From positions 14,608-78,607 of the forward strand of contig JBBRRY010000017.1 in NCBI GenBank assembly GCA_038245905.1: a stretch of DNA of 64,000 nucleotides, written 5' to 3'. This document shows, piece by piece, positions 28,576 through 38,962 of this stretch. Under the pieces are notes generated by a model. That model ran no database searches. It was given only the letters and a program-made list of their open reading frames with translations, and was not told the origin of the DNA. This DNA is from Thermoanaerobaculia bacterium (GTDB lineage Bacteria; Acidobacteriota; Thermoanaerobaculia; UBA5066). Made by a program: the position numbers and the translations under genes. How positions within the stretch are numbered: position 1 is the first letter of the stretch; each line of letters begins with the position of its first letter.

Positions 28576-29788
28576 CGCGACTGGAGAGGCATTTCGCCCG
28601 CCCGAGGCCGACGCCGAGGGGCGCTTTGGAGCGTTCGGCGGGCGCTTCGTCCCGGAGACGCTGATGGCGCCCCTCGAGGAGCTGACGCGCGCCTACAAGG
28701 ACGCCCGCCGCGATCCCGCCTTCCGGCGCGAGCTGGACGGACTCCTGAAGACCTACGCCGGCCGGCCGACACCGCTCACGTATGCGAAGCGCCTCTCCGA
28801 GAATCTGGGCGGCGCGAGGATCTTCCTGAAGCGCGAAGACCTCCTCCACACGGGAGCGCACAAGATCAACAACGCGCTCGGACAGGCGCTTCTCACGAAG
28901 AGGATGGGCAAGGCGCGCGTCATCGCGGAGACCGGAGCCGGACAACATGGCGTGGCCACGGCGACGGCGTGCGCCCTCCTCGGCCTCGAGTGCGTCGTTT
29001 ACATGGGAGCCGTCGACGTGGAGCGGCAGGCTCTGAATGTCTACCGGATGAAGCTGCTCGGCGCGACGGTCGTGCCCGTGACGGCCGGCTCGCGCACGCT
29101 CAAGGACGCGATCAACGAGGCCATGCGCGACTGGGTCGCCACGACCGCGACGACGCACTACATCCTGGGTTCGGTTCTGGGGCCGCATCCGTTCCCGACC
29201 ATGGTGCGCGATTTCCAATCCGTGATCGGGCGGGAAGCCCTCGCGCAGAGCCGCAAGGTCCTCGGAAAGCTGCCCGACCTCCTCGTGGCATGCGTGGGCG
29301 GAGGCTCGAACGCGATCGGCCTCTTCCGGGAATTCCTGCCGTTCCAGGACGTCGAGATGGTCGGCGTCGAGGCCGGAGGGCGCAGCCTCGAGCCCGGCGA
29401 GCACGCAGCCCGTTTCGGGCCGGGTTCCGTCGGCGTCCTCCATGGCACGCGCACCTTGATCCTTCAGGACGCCGACGGGCAGGTGCTACCGACTCACTCC
29501 GTGTCCGCGGGCCTCGACTATCCGGCCGTGGGGCCCGAGCATGCGCGTCTTGCCGAGCTCGGACGGACCCAATATGTCTCGGTCCCGGACGACGCCGCGC
29601 TCGCGGCGTTCCACCGCCTCGCGGAGACCGAAGGGATCATTCCGGCCCTCGAGACAGCGCACGCCGTTGCCTGGGCCATCGAAGAGGCGCGCCGCCGGCC
29701 GAAGAGCGCCACGCTCCTCGTGAATCTCTCCGGCCGTGGTGACAAAGACGTCGTCCAGGTCGCGCGGCGCGAGGGCGTCGAGCTGTGA
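28568..29788 (+). CDS. trpB: tryptophan synthase beta chain
   Basis: [44 protein letters not shown] and SAGLDYP motifs; start is GTG 28568 or 28565. Confidence 0.97.
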   Translation: MPDATGEAFRPPEADAEGRFGAFGGRFVPETLMAPLEELTRAYKDARRDPAFRRELDGLLKTYAGRPTPLTYAKRLSENLGGARIFLKREDLLHTGAHKINNALGQALLTKRMGKARVIAETGAGQHGVATATACALLGLECVVYMGAVDVERQALNVYRMKLLGATVVPVTAGSRTLKDAINEAMRDWVATTATTHYILGSVLGPHPFPTMVRDFQSVIGREALAQSRKVLGKLPDLLVACVGGGSNAIGLFREFLPFQDVEMVGVEAGGRSLEPGEHAARFGPGSVGVLHGTRTLILQDADGQVLPTHSVSAGLDYPAVGPEHARLAELGRTQYVSVPDDAALAAFHRLAETEGIIPALETAHAVAWAIEEARRRPKSATLLVNLSGRGDKDVVQVARREGVEL

Positions 29789-30603
29789 GCACTGTGAATC
29801 GCATCGGGCGAGCCTTCGCGACGGCCCGGGCCTCCGGACGGGCGGCGCTGATCGTCTTCGTGGAGGCGGGCGATCCCGATCTCGAGACGACCCGCCGGCT
29901 TCTTCCCGCGCTCGCGGAGGCGGGAGCCGACGTAATCGAGCTCGGGATCCCGTTCAGCGATCCGCTTGCGGACGGACCGGTCATCCAGCGCGCGAGCGAA
30001 CGCGCCCTCGCGGCGGGGACGACGCTCCCGGCCGCGCTCTCCGTCCTCGCGGAGCTTCGGGCCGAGCGCTTCGTGGCGCCCGTCGTGATCTTCAGCTACG
30101 CGAATCCGGTACTCGCGATGGGGGAGGCCGAGTTCGCTCTCCGGGCGGCGCAGGCCGGCGCGGACGGAGTTCTCGTGACCGACCTCCCACCGGAAGAAGG
30201 CCGCCCCTTCGCGTCGGTCTTGAAGAGCGCGAAGCTCGATCCCGTCTACCTTGTCGCGCCGACGTCGCCGGACGAGCGCATCCGCAGGGCCGGGTCGCTC
30301 TCGCGCGGCTTCCTCTACGTCGTGTCGCGGGCCGGCATCACGGGCGCGCGCACGGCCCTGCCCGAGGGGCTCCCCGCCCTCGTGTCTCGCGTGCGGCAGC
30401 AGGTGCCGCGTCTTCCGATCGCGGTGGGCTTCGGCCTCTCGACGCCCGAGCAGGTCCGCGAGGTCGCTGCTTTGGCGGACGGCGTCGTCGTGGGGAGCGC
30501 GATCGTGGCCGCAATGGAAGCCGCCCGCGCGGCCGGCAGGGACCCCGTCGAGGCGGCGGCCGCTCTCGTCCGTTCGCTCGCCGCGGCCACGCCGAAAGGC
30601 TGA
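29785..30603 (+). CDS. trpA: tryptophan synthase alpha chain
   Basis: [35 protein letters not shown] and DGVVVGSA motifs. Confidence 0.97.
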   Translation: MSTVNRIGRAFATARASGRAALIVFVEAGDPDLETTRRLLPALAEAGADVIELGIPFSDPLADGPVIQRASERALAAGTTLPAALSVLAELRAERFVAPVVIFSYANPVLAMGEAEFALRAAQAGADGVLVTDLPPEEGRPFASVLKSAKLDPVYLVAPTSPDERIRRAGSLSRGFLYVVSRAGITGARTALPEGLPALVSRVRQQVPRLPIAVGFGLSTPEQVREVAALADGVVVGSAIVAAMEAARAAGRDPVEAAAALVRSLAAATPKG

Positions 30604-30604
30604 C

Positions 30605-31369
30605 GTGACCCGAGACGACTCGGGGCTGTCCGCCCGGATCTCGAAGGCCGACCGAAGAGCACTTGCCGCGCTGATCGCGGAAGAGCTTCCCCGCCTCACG
30701 GAACGCGACGCGCTTCAGGCGCTCCGTCACCCGCATGCCTCGGAGGCGATGATCGAGGAGATCCTCTCCTCGAAGACGCTGCTCTCGTTCCGGGGCGTTC
30801 GCCGGCTCGTCGCGGCGCACCCTCTCACGCCGCGGCATGCGGCGCTGCGCTGCCTCGACGATCTCCTGTGGCGCGACCTCCTCGACGTCGGCCGCGAGGT
30901 GCGCACACCTCCGCCCGTGAGGGTCGCGGCCAACCGCAAGCTCGAAGGGGCGCTCCAGTTTCTCGCCGTCGGCGAGAAAATCGCGGTGGCCCGGTTCGCG
31001 TCGCCCTCGCTCTTTTCGGTGCTTCTCGACGAGCCGGACGTCCGCGTTCTCGAGGCGGTCCTCGCCAACCCGAGGCTCATGACCGAGGACCTTCAGCGCT
31101 GGCTCGCCACGGGGCATCCCCGGCCGGAATCGCTCGCTCTTCTCGCGTGCGACGCGCGCTGGGCGAGGCGGCCCGCGATCCGGATCGCGCTGCTGACTCA
31201 TCGAGCGACACCCCGTGCGGCGGCGCTCTCGCTCCTGACCTCGGCCTCGCGCGGCGAGTGGCTGCGGCTCGCGGAGGACCCGAACGCGGACGCCCTTCTT
31301 TCCGCCTGTGCGCGAAAATTGCTCGAAAAAGGTCTCAAGCCCGTTGACAGAAGCGGTAAGTCGCCGTAG
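30605..31369 (+). CDS. hypothetical alpha-helical repeat protein
   Basis: GTG one base after the trpA stop; repeated (H/N)P-containing helical units similar to those in 32260-33282. Confidence 0.7.
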   Translation: MTRDDSGLSARISKADRRALAALIAEELPRLTERDALQALRHPHASEAMIEEILSSKTLLSFRGVRRLVAAHPLTPRHAALRCLDDLLWRDLLDVGREVRTPPPVRVAANRKLEGALQFLAVGEKIAVARFASPSLFSVLLDEPDVRVLEAVLANPRLMTEDLQRWLATGHPRPESLALLACDARWARRPAIRIALLTHRATPRAAALSLLTSASRGEWLRLAEDPNADALLSACARKLLEKGLKPVDRSGKSP

Positions 31370-31372
31370 GCT
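31344..31372 (+). promoter_or_regulatory. sigma70 promoter upstream of the rodZ-like gene
   Basis: TTGACA (31344-31349), 17 bp, TAGGCT (31367-31372). Confidence 0.7.
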
Positions 31373-31392
31373 AACACGTTACGGGGATTCGG

Positions 31393-32220
31393 GTGACTGC
31401 GGAGACTGCCCAGGAATTCGGCGAAGAACTTCGCCGTGAACGCGAGCTTCGAGACGTAAGCCGGGAACAGCTTTCGGCGGCGACGAAGGTTTCGCTGCGG
31501 CATATCGGCGCGCTCGAGTCCGGCCGTTACGACCAGCTTCCCGCCGGCGTCTTCTCGAAGGGCTTCGTCAAGGTGATTGCGCTGCATCTCGGTCTCGACG
31601 CCGAGCGCGCCGTCGCCGCCTTCCGGCACGTGCACACGGGCTGGGAGGAGGACTGCGCGAAGCGTGAGCGCCAGGCGCCGATGAGCACGGCCGGTCTTCG
31701 CCTTTCGACGCCGCGGCGCGCGGTGTCTTCCTCGACGACGCTTCGCGGGATCGCGATCGCGCTGGTCCTCGCCGCCGTGACCGGCGCCGCGGCGTTCTTC
31801 CGGACGCGCGGCGCGGATCGCCGTGGTCCGGCCGCCTCGGCGACTCCGGTCGCCCGCGCCGAGAGCGGCCCGGCGTCCCTGGCCCTTCCGCCCGCGATCG
31901 CGGCCGCGACGGTGGCCCTGCCGGCGGGCACTTCTCTGCCGAGCGCCTTCTCCTCCCCGGCGTCGGGGCGCGGGAGAACGCTCTCCCTGACTTTCCGCGA
32001 AGAGTGCTGGGCCGAAGTGCTCGTGGACGGAAAGCTCGTCGTGCGCGGGTTCTTCCCGAAGGGTTCGCGCCGCGAGTTTTCGAACGGCGGCACATTTACG
32101 CTTACGCTTGGAAACGCCGGCGCCGTCGAGGTCGTCGTCGATGGTCGTTCGCTCGGCACGCTGGGCGGCGAGCACGAGATCATCAAGAACTACGTGATCG
32201 AAGCGGCCCGTAAGGGCTGA
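31393..32220 (+). CDS. RodZ-like protein (HTH, TM segment, DUF4115-like C-domain)
   Basis: FGEELRRERE..LESGRYDQLP..F.KGF HTH; one TM segment; C-terminal CWAEV.VDG...LGNAGAVEV. Confidence 0.85.
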   Translation: MTAETAQEFGEELRRERELRDVSREQLSAATKVSLRHIGALESGRYDQLPAGVFSKGFVKVIALHLGLDAERAVAAFRHVHTGWEEDCAKRERQAPMSTAGLRLSTPRRAVSSSTTLRGIAIALVLAAVTGAAAFFRTRGADRRGPAASATPVARAESGPASLALPPAIAAATVALPAGTSLPSAFSSPASGRGRTLSLTFREECWAEVLVDGKLVVRGFFPKGSRREFSNGGTFTLTLGNAGAVEVVVDGRSLGTLGGEHEIIKNYVIEAARKG

Positions 32221-32259
32221 CCCAAGGGAACGCCGAGGGACCGGGCGTAAGCTCGACCC

Positions 32260-33282
32260 GTGGCCGACACCGCCCCCGAAGGTGACCTCCTCACCCAGAT
32301 CGAGCGGGGCGAAGCCGCGCCCCAGATCCTCGATTTCGCGGCGAGGGGGATGGTCCCCCTGCCCCCCGAAGAGCTGGTCCGCGCGATCGCCAGCATCATG
32401 GCGTCGGGCGACCCCCGCCTGGCCGCCATCGCCGCGGAATCCTTCAAGCGGTTCGACGCAGGGTCGCTGAAGAGCGCCGTCTTGAGTCCGGGGGTCCGGG
32501 CCGAGCAGCTCGCCGCCGTGGCGCATCACACGGAGGACGCCTTAGTGCTGGAGCCCCTCATACGGCACAAGGCCGTATCGGACGAAACTCTGGCCTGGCT
32601 CGCCGAGCGCGTGGACGCTCCACTTCAAGACATCATTGTCACGAACCAGACGCGCCTGCTCGCAGCTCCGGTCATCGTCGAACGGCTTTTCGAGAACCCG
32701 AGGCTCTCGCCCGAAATTCGGCGCCGGGCGGACGAGTTTCTCGAGGAGTTCTTTCTCAAGCAGGAGCGCGAGCGGGACGCCGCCGGGGAAACGGAGGAGG
32801 CGGCTCCGGAGGAGGCCCCGGCACCGGCGCCCGCCGCGGAGGTGGACGAGGCGGGGCTCACCGAGGCCGCCAAGAAGAGCCTCTTCGCCCGGGTCGCGAC
32901 GATGTCCGTGGTCCAGAGGATCCGCCTCGCATACCGTGGAAACAAAGAGGAGCGGATGTTCCTCGTACAGGACCGCAACCGGCTGGTTTCGGCCGCCGTC
33001 CTGAAGTCCCCGAAGACCCGGGATGGGGACGCCGAATCCATCGCGAACATGAAGAACGTCGCGGAGGACGTTCTCCGGGGCATCACGTGGCGGCGCGACT
33101 GGATGCGCCACTACACCATCATGCGGAATATCGTGAAGAACCCGAGGGCGCCGATCGACGTCACGCTTTCGCTCGTCGGTCGCTTGAACGCGAAGGATCA
33201 GAAGACTCTCGCGGGCGACCGGAACGTCCCCGAGGCCGTCCGCGCCTTCGCGCGCCGCGAGGTCTCCCGCAAGGAGACGTGA
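32260..33282 (+). CDS. hypothetical helical protein
   Basis: 340-aa ORF with normal codon usage; acidic Pro/Ala linker; TAAGCT 6 nt before the GTG. Confidence 0.8.
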   Translation: MADTAPEGDLLTQIERGEAAPQILDFAARGMVPLPPEELVRAIASIMASGDPRLAAIAAESFKRFDAGSLKSAVLSPGVRAEQLAAVAHHTEDALVLEPLIRHKAVSDETLAWLAERVDAPLQDIIVTNQTRLLAAPVIVERLFENPRLSPEIRRRADEFLEEFFLKQERERDAAGETEEAAPEEAPAPAPAAEVDEAGLTEAAKKSLFARVATMSVVQRIRLAYRGNKEERMFLVQDRNRLVSAAVLKSPKTRDGDAESIANMKNVAEDVLRGITWRRDWMRHYTIMRNIVKNPRAPIDVTLSLVGRLNAKDQKTLAGDRNVPEAVRAFARREVSRKET

Positions 33283-33354
33283 CGTCGCTCACGGATTGTT
33301 TGAAATTGGGGCTCCCGGTGTGAGAATCTGAAGCGTGCCGACAATCTGGATCGT

Positions 33355-34038
33355 GTGGGCGGGGCGCCCCTCGAGGTTTCGTTGACGAGTTACTACGACG
33401 TGCTCGGGGTTCCTCGCGACGCGTCCGAGACGGAAGTCCGCGCGAAATTCCGGCTCCTGGCCCGGGAGGGTCATCCCGACCGATTTCGGGAGCTCGCCGA
33501 AAAGAAGACTGCCGAGGAGCGCTTCCAGCTTCTCACCGAGGCGATGAACGTCCTTACGAACCCGGCGCGGCGCAAGGCTCACGACATCGAGCTCGAGAAG
33601 AACCGCCCCCTTTCCCAGGATCCGGCGGCGCTCGCGCGCCTCTATCTCGCCAAGGGGGTGAAGGCTTATCGCGAAGGTAATTTTCCGGAGGCGATTACGG
33701 AGTTCGACCTCGCCGTCAAGCATTACGACAAGGATGCCAAGGCGTTTCACTATCTTGCACTGTCCTGCATGAAGGTCGTCGGACAGGTGCGCCGGGGCGT
33801 CGACGCGATCGAGGCGGCAATCAAGCTGGACGGCAACAATGCGCTCTTCCATCGCGACGCCGGCAAGCTCTTCATCCTGGCCGGCCTGAATTCGAAAGCC
33901 GAGCGTCACCTCGAGCAGGCCCTTACGTGGCTTCCCGAGGACGCCGAGACCCTGAAGCTCCTTCAGGACGTGCGCCCGAAGAAGGGAACCAGCGGGGAAC
34001 GCAAGGTCCCGAGCGGTATCTTCGGGCGGAAGGGATAA
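33355..34038 (+). CDS. J-domain (DnaJ-like) plus TPR protein
   Basis: YYDVLGV...HPD J-domain followed by TPR-like repeats; exact start uncertain. Confidence 0.85.
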   Translation: MGGAPLEVSLTSYYDVLGVPRDASETEVRAKFRLLAREGHPDRFRELAEKKTAEERFQLLTEAMNVLTNPARRKAHDIELEKNRPLSQDPAALARLYLAKGVKAYREGNFPEAITEFDLAVKHYDKDAKAFHYLALSCMKVVGQVRRGVDAIEAAIKLDGNNALFHRDAGKLFILAGLNSKAERHLEQALTWLPEDAETLKLLQDVRPKKGTSGERKVPSGIFGRKG

Positions 34039-34045
34039 TCGCGGC

Positions 34046-34942
34046 GTGAGCGTCTCTGCATTCGGACTAACAGACGTCGGCCGTAAGAGGCGACATAACG
34101 AGGACGCGTACCTCCTCGATGCCGAACGCGGCCTTTTCGTCGTCGCCGACGGCATGGGGGGCCACGCGGCCGGCGAGGTCGCCTCGCGGATCACCGTCGA
34201 GTCTATTCAGGAGTACATCGCCGCCACCGAAGAAGAGCACGAGAGCTCGTGGCCCTTCGGCTTCAACAGCCGCGTGTCCGTCGAAGGGAACCGTCTGACG
34301 ACGGCGGTCGAGAAGGCGAACGAGAAAGTCATGCGCGCCGTGCAGAACAGGCCCGAATTGAAGGGCATGGGCACCACGGTCGTCGCGGCGCTCTTCGACG
34401 CCGATCGCGCGACGCTCGTCCACGTCGGCGACAGCCGCGCCTATCTTTTTCGCGACGGGGAGCTGCGGCGCCTGACGGACGACCACTCCTGGGTTCAGGA
34501 GCAGGTCAACGCCGGCATCCTCAGCGAGGACGAGGCGAAGAGCCACCCGCTCAAGAACGTCGTGACGCGCGCGCTCGGCGGCGCGGCGCACGTCTCGGTC
34601 GATCTCATCGAGGTCCCCGTGCGTCCGGGCGACCGGTTCCTTCTCTGTTCCGATGGCCTGACGGGCATGGTTCCCGACGAGGATCTCTTCGCCGCCTTCC
34701 GTTCAGACGGCCTCATCGAGAAGACGGTGCGTCAGCTCATCGACACGGCAAATGACCGCGGGGGCGTGGACAACATCACCGCGATCGTCGTCCAGGTCGT
34801 TGGCGAGGCGGGCAATGATTCGGGGCGCGCCGCGAGCGAGCCGGTCCGGCGGGCTGTGTCCACGTCTGGGGAGAGCACGGCCGTCAATCTCGAACCGCCG
34901 GGAATGCCGCCGCGCGATTCCGATCCCGAACCGAAGAGCTGA
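34046..34942 (+). CDS. PP2C-family Ser/Thr phosphatase (Stp1/PrpC type)
   Basis: TDVGRKRRHNED, VADGMGGH, MGTT, HVGDSRAY, LLCSDGL and GGVDNIT motifs. Confidence 0.93.
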   Translation: MSVSAFGLTDVGRKRRHNEDAYLLDAERGLFVVADGMGGHAAGEVASRITVESIQEYIAATEEEHESSWPFGFNSRVSVEGNRLTTAVEKANEKVMRAVQNRPELKGMGTTVVAALFDADRATLVHVGDSRAYLFRDGELRRLTDDHSWVQEQVNAGILSEDEAKSHPLKNVVTRALGGAAHVSVDLIEVPVRPGDRFLLCSDGLTGMVPDEDLFAAFRSDGLIEKTVRQLIDTANDRGGVDNITAIVVQVVGEAGNDSGRAASEPVRRAVSTSGESTAVNLEPPGMPPRDSDPEPKS

Positions 34943-37412
34943 CGCCGCTCTCGTCGTCGCCGTTCCGGACGGGAAGCTCGCCCGTCTTCACGCGCGCGAA
35001 GAACTCCCGGGTGGCCTGGCCGATCTCGATGCAGGCCAGCTCGCCGGGGTCGTCGAGATACCAGTCGTCCGGCAGGTAACGGCTGTAGGGCTCCTGGAGG
35101 AAACGCCGGCAGGCCAGGACGACGACGCCGGTATCCGTTCCCGACCGGATGAGGCGCCCTGCGCTCTGGACGACGCGCGTCATGCCGGGGATGACGTAGG
35201 CGTATTCGAACCCTCGTTCGAAGCGCTCCTCGAAGTAGCGGCGCATGCGCTCCTGCTCGAAACGGACCATCGGCAGGGCAGGCGAGACGACGACGACGGC
35301 CTGGAGCATTTCGCCGGGATAGTCCACGCCCTCGGCGAAGGCGCCTCCGGAGACGGCGAAGACGAGCACGGGCGCGCCGCCGTCGCGCATCGCTGCGAGG
35401 ACCGAATTCCGTTCGAGCTCGGTCGAGCGGTCGGAGGGACGGAGCACGCGGCGGCCGGGGAGGGCGGGGAGGTGGGTACGCACCTCGTCGAGAAACCGGT
35501 AGGACGGAAACAGGGCGAGCACGTTGCCCGGGCACGCCCGCGCGACGTCCGCGACGAGAGCCGCGAGGCGCGGGGCGCCCCGCCCGCGCGCGGCGAACGT
35601 CGTGTCGACGTCCGGGGCGACGAATACGGCACGGTTCTCCCGCGGGAAGGGCGAGGGCAGGCGGAGTACCGTCGTGCGATCGGGGTCCAGCCCGAGGAGG
35701 TCGCGGTAAAACTCCGGAGGGGAAAGCGTCGCCGACATCGAGACGGTCGCCGCGGCCGCGTTCAGGGTCTCGCCGAGGAGCTTCGACGGGTCCTTGCAGA
35801 GAATCGCGAGACGCGCGCCGCTCCTTCCGCGCGCGGCCAGGACGTCGAAGGCGGGATCGGGCCGCCCCTCCGAGGGCTGCGCCCGCTTGCTCACGTCGTG
35901 GAAGCGCGCGAACGTGAAGTAGAGCTCGAGGACGGGATCGTTCGGGACTCGTTCGCCTCCGGCGCGCAGGTCCGCGAGATGGCGCACGAGAAGCGACTCG
36001 AAGTCGAGCCTGAGGTCGTCGAGGCGCGTCTCGTCCAGCGTCACGAGGCCCACGGGCTCGGGCTCTTCGTCCGAGAGGCCTGCGGCGGCGTCGGCGACGA
36101 GCCGCCGCAGGCGGCGCGCGGCCTCGCCCGCGTCCCACGAGGTCTTTGCGTTCGAGGCGCCGATCCGCTGCTCGAGCGTTGCGAGGGCGGCGTCGGAAAG
36201 TTCAGGTGAGTAGTATCCGCGCCCGCGGTCCACGAGGTTGTGAGCCTCGTCCACGAGGAGGAACGACTGCGCCAAGGCAGAAGGGTCGCGCGCCCCCGCG
36301 AGCGCCACGACCGGGTCGAAGACGTAGTTGTAGTCGCCGATGACGACATCGGCCTCTTCTGCGAGCTCGAGTGAGACCTCGAAGGGGCAGACGACCTCGT
36401 TGCGCGCCTCCTCGAAGACCGTGTCCGGGTCCAGGTGACGGTGGCTCTCGAGGAGCCGCTCGCGGAGACCCGAGGCCTCCATCTTGGCACCGTAGTCCTT
36501 CGCATACGCGCAGTGGTTCTCGTGGCAGAGGACGACGTCGTTCGCGCACATGCGCTCTTTTGCCCGGAGCCGCACGGAGCGGAACGACTCGCCGTCGATG
36601 GCCGCGAGCGTCTTCATGTAGATGTCCTGCTGCGTCGTCTTGGCCGTGAGGATGAAGAGGCGCCGGTGGGATTCGAGAGCGCCGACGAGGAGGGGATAGA
36701 GGGCGGCTGCGGTCTTTCCGATTCCGGTCGGGGCCTGGGCGAGGAGGTGTTCGCCATGCGCGGCCGCGTGAGCGGCCGCCGCGGCCATATCCCGCTGCCC
36801 GGGCCGGAACCGCGCGTGCGGGAAGACGAGCGTCGCGGCCTCGGCGGCCTTCGCCTCGGCGAGGGCGCGCTCCTCGAGAAACGCGTCGAGGAGGACTCGC
36901 GTGCGCCTGACGAGGTCGTCGAGCGTCTTCTCGGGCTCGTGCGGCACGTCGAGGACCTTCGTCGCGCCCGTCTCGATGTCCGCCAGGACGAGGCGGCCGT
37001 GCACGGAGCGGCCCTCGGCGGCGGCGACCGCCTGCATGTACCAGCGGAGCTGGAGCTGGAAACGTTCGAGGCGCGGGGAGCCGGGCAGCTTCCCGAGGTC
37101 TTCGGCGAAATGGAGAGATTTCACCTCGTCCACGACGACGCGTCCGTTCTCCTCGAATCGACCGTCGAGCCGGCCCTCGAGCACGACCGTGAAGTCGTCC
37201 ACCGCATACGTCAGGCGGATGGATTTCTCGACCGCGTATCCGGGGACGTTCGCGAGGTTCTCGCCGAGCACGCGGCGATGCACCGCCTGGCCGATCCAGA
37301 GCCGCTCGAATCCCTCGCCCCGGTCGAAGCCCGCCCGGCGTGCGACGCCGCCGAGGAGGGCCCCTGGAGAGAGCGCGATCGTTTTCTTCTCGAGGTCGAC
37401 CGTCAGCGCCAC
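34884..37412 (-). CDS. DinG/XPD-family Fe-S helicase with N-terminal PD-(D/E)XK-like nuclease domain
   Basis: N-terminal G..H..E..GRLDG..DEVKS..QL..Y; RPGQ, APTGIGKT, four Cys, DEAHNL, SATL, EGVD and QSAGRLIRS motifs. Confidence 0.88.
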   Translation of the reverse strand: MALTVDLEKKTIALSPGALLGGVARRAGFDRGEGFERLWIGQAVHRRVLGENLANVPGYAVEKSIRLTYAVDDFTVVLEGRLDGRFEENGRVVVDEVKSLHFAEDLGKLPGSPRLERFQLQLRWYMQAVAAAEGRSVHGRLVLADIETGATKVLDVPHEPEKTLDDLVRRTRVLLDAFLEERALAEAKAAEAATLVFPHARFRPGQRDMAAAAAHAAAHGEHLLAQAPTGIGKTAAALYPLLVGALESHRRLFILTAKTTQQDIYMKTLAAIDGESFRSVRLRAKERMCANDVVLCHENHCAYAKDYGAKMEASGLRERLLESHRHLDPDTVFEEARNEVVCPFEVSLELAEEADVVIGDYNYVFDPVVALAGARDPSALAQSFLLVDEAHNLVDRGRGYYSPELSDAALATLEQRIGASNAKTSWDAGEAARRLRRLVADAAAGLSDEEPEPVGLVTLDETRLDDLRLDFESLLVRHLADLRAGGERVPNDPVLELYFTFARFHDVSKRAQPSEGRPDPAFDVLAARGRSGARLAILCKDPSKLLGETLNAAAATVSMSATLSPPEFYRDLLGLDPDRTTVLRLPSPFPRENRAVFVAPDVDTTFAARGRGAPRLAALVADVARACPGNVLALFPSYRFLDEVRTHLPALPGRRVLRPSDRSTELERNSVLAAMRDGGAPVLVFAVSGGAFAEGVDYPGEMLQAVVVVSPALPMVRFEQERMRRYFEERFERGFEYAYVIPGMTRVVQSAGRLIRSGTDTGVVVLACRRFLQEPYSRYLPDDWYLDDPGELACIEIGQATREFFARVKTGELPVRNGDDESGVSSSVRDRNRAAAFPAVRD

Positions 37413-37471
37413 GGCCGATTGTAAGGGCGCCCCGGATATCGCACGACGCGTTGTTCAGCTAAAATGCACCG

Positions 37472-38962
37472 ATGTCACGGTTTGCTCGGTCTCTCGTCGG
37501 CGCGGCTGTCGGTTTTCTTCTCGCTCTCGCCCCGGCCGCCGAGGGCGCCAGGAAACCTGCGAGGCCGGCGCCGCCCCAGACCCTCGAGCAGCGGTTGAAC
37601 GCCTTGCTGCGCAGGGGCCCCGTCAGGCGCTCCGAGATCGGCGTCGTCGTCACACGACTGGGCGAGGCAGCGCCTCTCGCTTCCCTGAACCCCCAGCGGT
37701 CTCTCATCCTCGCCTCCACGACGAAGCTTTTCACGACCGCCGCCGCCCTCGACCGCCTCGGGCCCGAGTACAAGTTCAGGACGCGCCTCTATCGCGACGC
37801 GGACGTCGGCGAGGACGGCGTCCTGCCCGGTCACCTCGTCGTCATGGGAGGCGGCGATCCGGGAATCTCCGGCCGCTGGTACGACGACGATCCCCTGGCC
37901 GTGTTTCGGCCGTGGGCGGCGTCCCTCGCGAAGAAAGGTCTTCGCAGCGTTCGGGACGGGCTGCTTCTCGACGTTTCATTCTTCGACGACGTTCAGACTC
38001 ATCCCGACTGGCCGAGCGAGCAGGAGCAACGGTGGTACCAGGCTCCCGTTTCGGCGCTCTCCTACAACGACAACATCGTCCTCGTGCGCGCGTCGGGAGG
38101 CCTTCGCCCAGGGAGCCCGGCTCTCCTCGGATTCGATCCTCTCGGGCCGCCTCTCCTGAATCTCATCTCGAACGTCGTCACCGCCTCGCGAAAGACGTGG
38201 GTCGGCGTGCGCCGCGAGGCCGGCAGCCACACCGTCGTGGCGGCGGGGCGCGTCGGCCGGAACCGGACGTGGGTCGGCGACGTGACGGTGCCCGACCCGC
38301 CGCTCTATTTCGCCGCGGCCCTCTCTCAGGTCCTCCGTGAAGCCGGCATCCGGATCGACGCCCCGCCCACCGTGAGGACGGAACCGGGCACCCCGCTTCC
38401 GATCTCGGGTCGCGTGCTCCTCCATACTCATGAGACGCCGCTCCTCTCCGCGATCGCCGTGTGCAATAAGCGCTCGCAATCCCTCTTCGCCGAAGAGATC
38501 CTCAAGACGCTCGGCGCCGAGAAGCGTGGCCGTGGAACGTGGGAGAACGGCCGGGCCGAGGTCGCGGCGTTCCTGACCTCGCTCGGTCTCGACGCTTCGC
38601 GCTACCAGCTCGCCGACGGGTCCGGGCGCGCGCATTCCAACCGCGCCTCCGCGGCCGCGTACGTGGATTTCCTCACGGCGCTCGCGTCGCGCTGGAAACA
38701 CTTCGAGACGTTCAAGGGCACGATGGCGGTATCGGGTGCACCCGACGGGACGTTGCGTCATCGCCTGCAGGGCGACGCGACGATCGGCAAGGTGTGGGCG
38801 AAAACGGGGAACGTGTCGGGTGTCGTGACGCTGTGCGGCTACGTGCAGGCCCAGAGCGGCCAGACGTACGCCTTCAGCATTCTCCTGAACGGCGGCGCCC
38901 GTGACGTCCGCGGCCACGCGTTCCAGGACCGTCTCGTGAGCGAGCTGGCTAAATTCGGCTAG
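37472..38962 (+). CDS. dacB: D-alanyl-D-alanine carboxypeptidase/endopeptidase (PBP4, peptidase S13)
   Basis: Signal peptide; ASTTK (SxxK), GGGDP, DGSG and AKTG motifs. Confidence 0.9.
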   Translation: MSRFARSLVGAAVGFLLALAPAAEGARKPARPAPPQTLEQRLNALLRRGPVRRSEIGVVVTRLGEAAPLASLNPQRSLILASTTKLFTTAAALDRLGPEYKFRTRLYRDADVGEDGVLPGHLVVMGGGDPGISGRWYDDDPLAVFRPWAASLAKKGLRSVRDGLLLDVSFFDDVQTHPDWPSEQEQRWYQAPVSALSYNDNIVLVRASGGLRPGSPALLGFDPLGPPLLNLISNVVTASRKTWVGVRREAGSHTVVAAGRVGRNRTWVGDVTVPDPPLYFAAALSQVLREAGIRIDAPPTVRTEPGTPLPISGRVLLHTHETPLLSAIAVCNKRSQSLFAEEILKTLGAEKRGRGTWENGRAEVAAFLTSLGLDASRYQLADGSGRAHSNRASAAAYVDFLTALASRWKHFETFKGTMAVSGAPDGTLRHRLQGDATIGKVWAKTGNVSGVVTLCGYVQAQSGQTYAFSILLNGGARDVRGHAFQDRLVSELAKFG

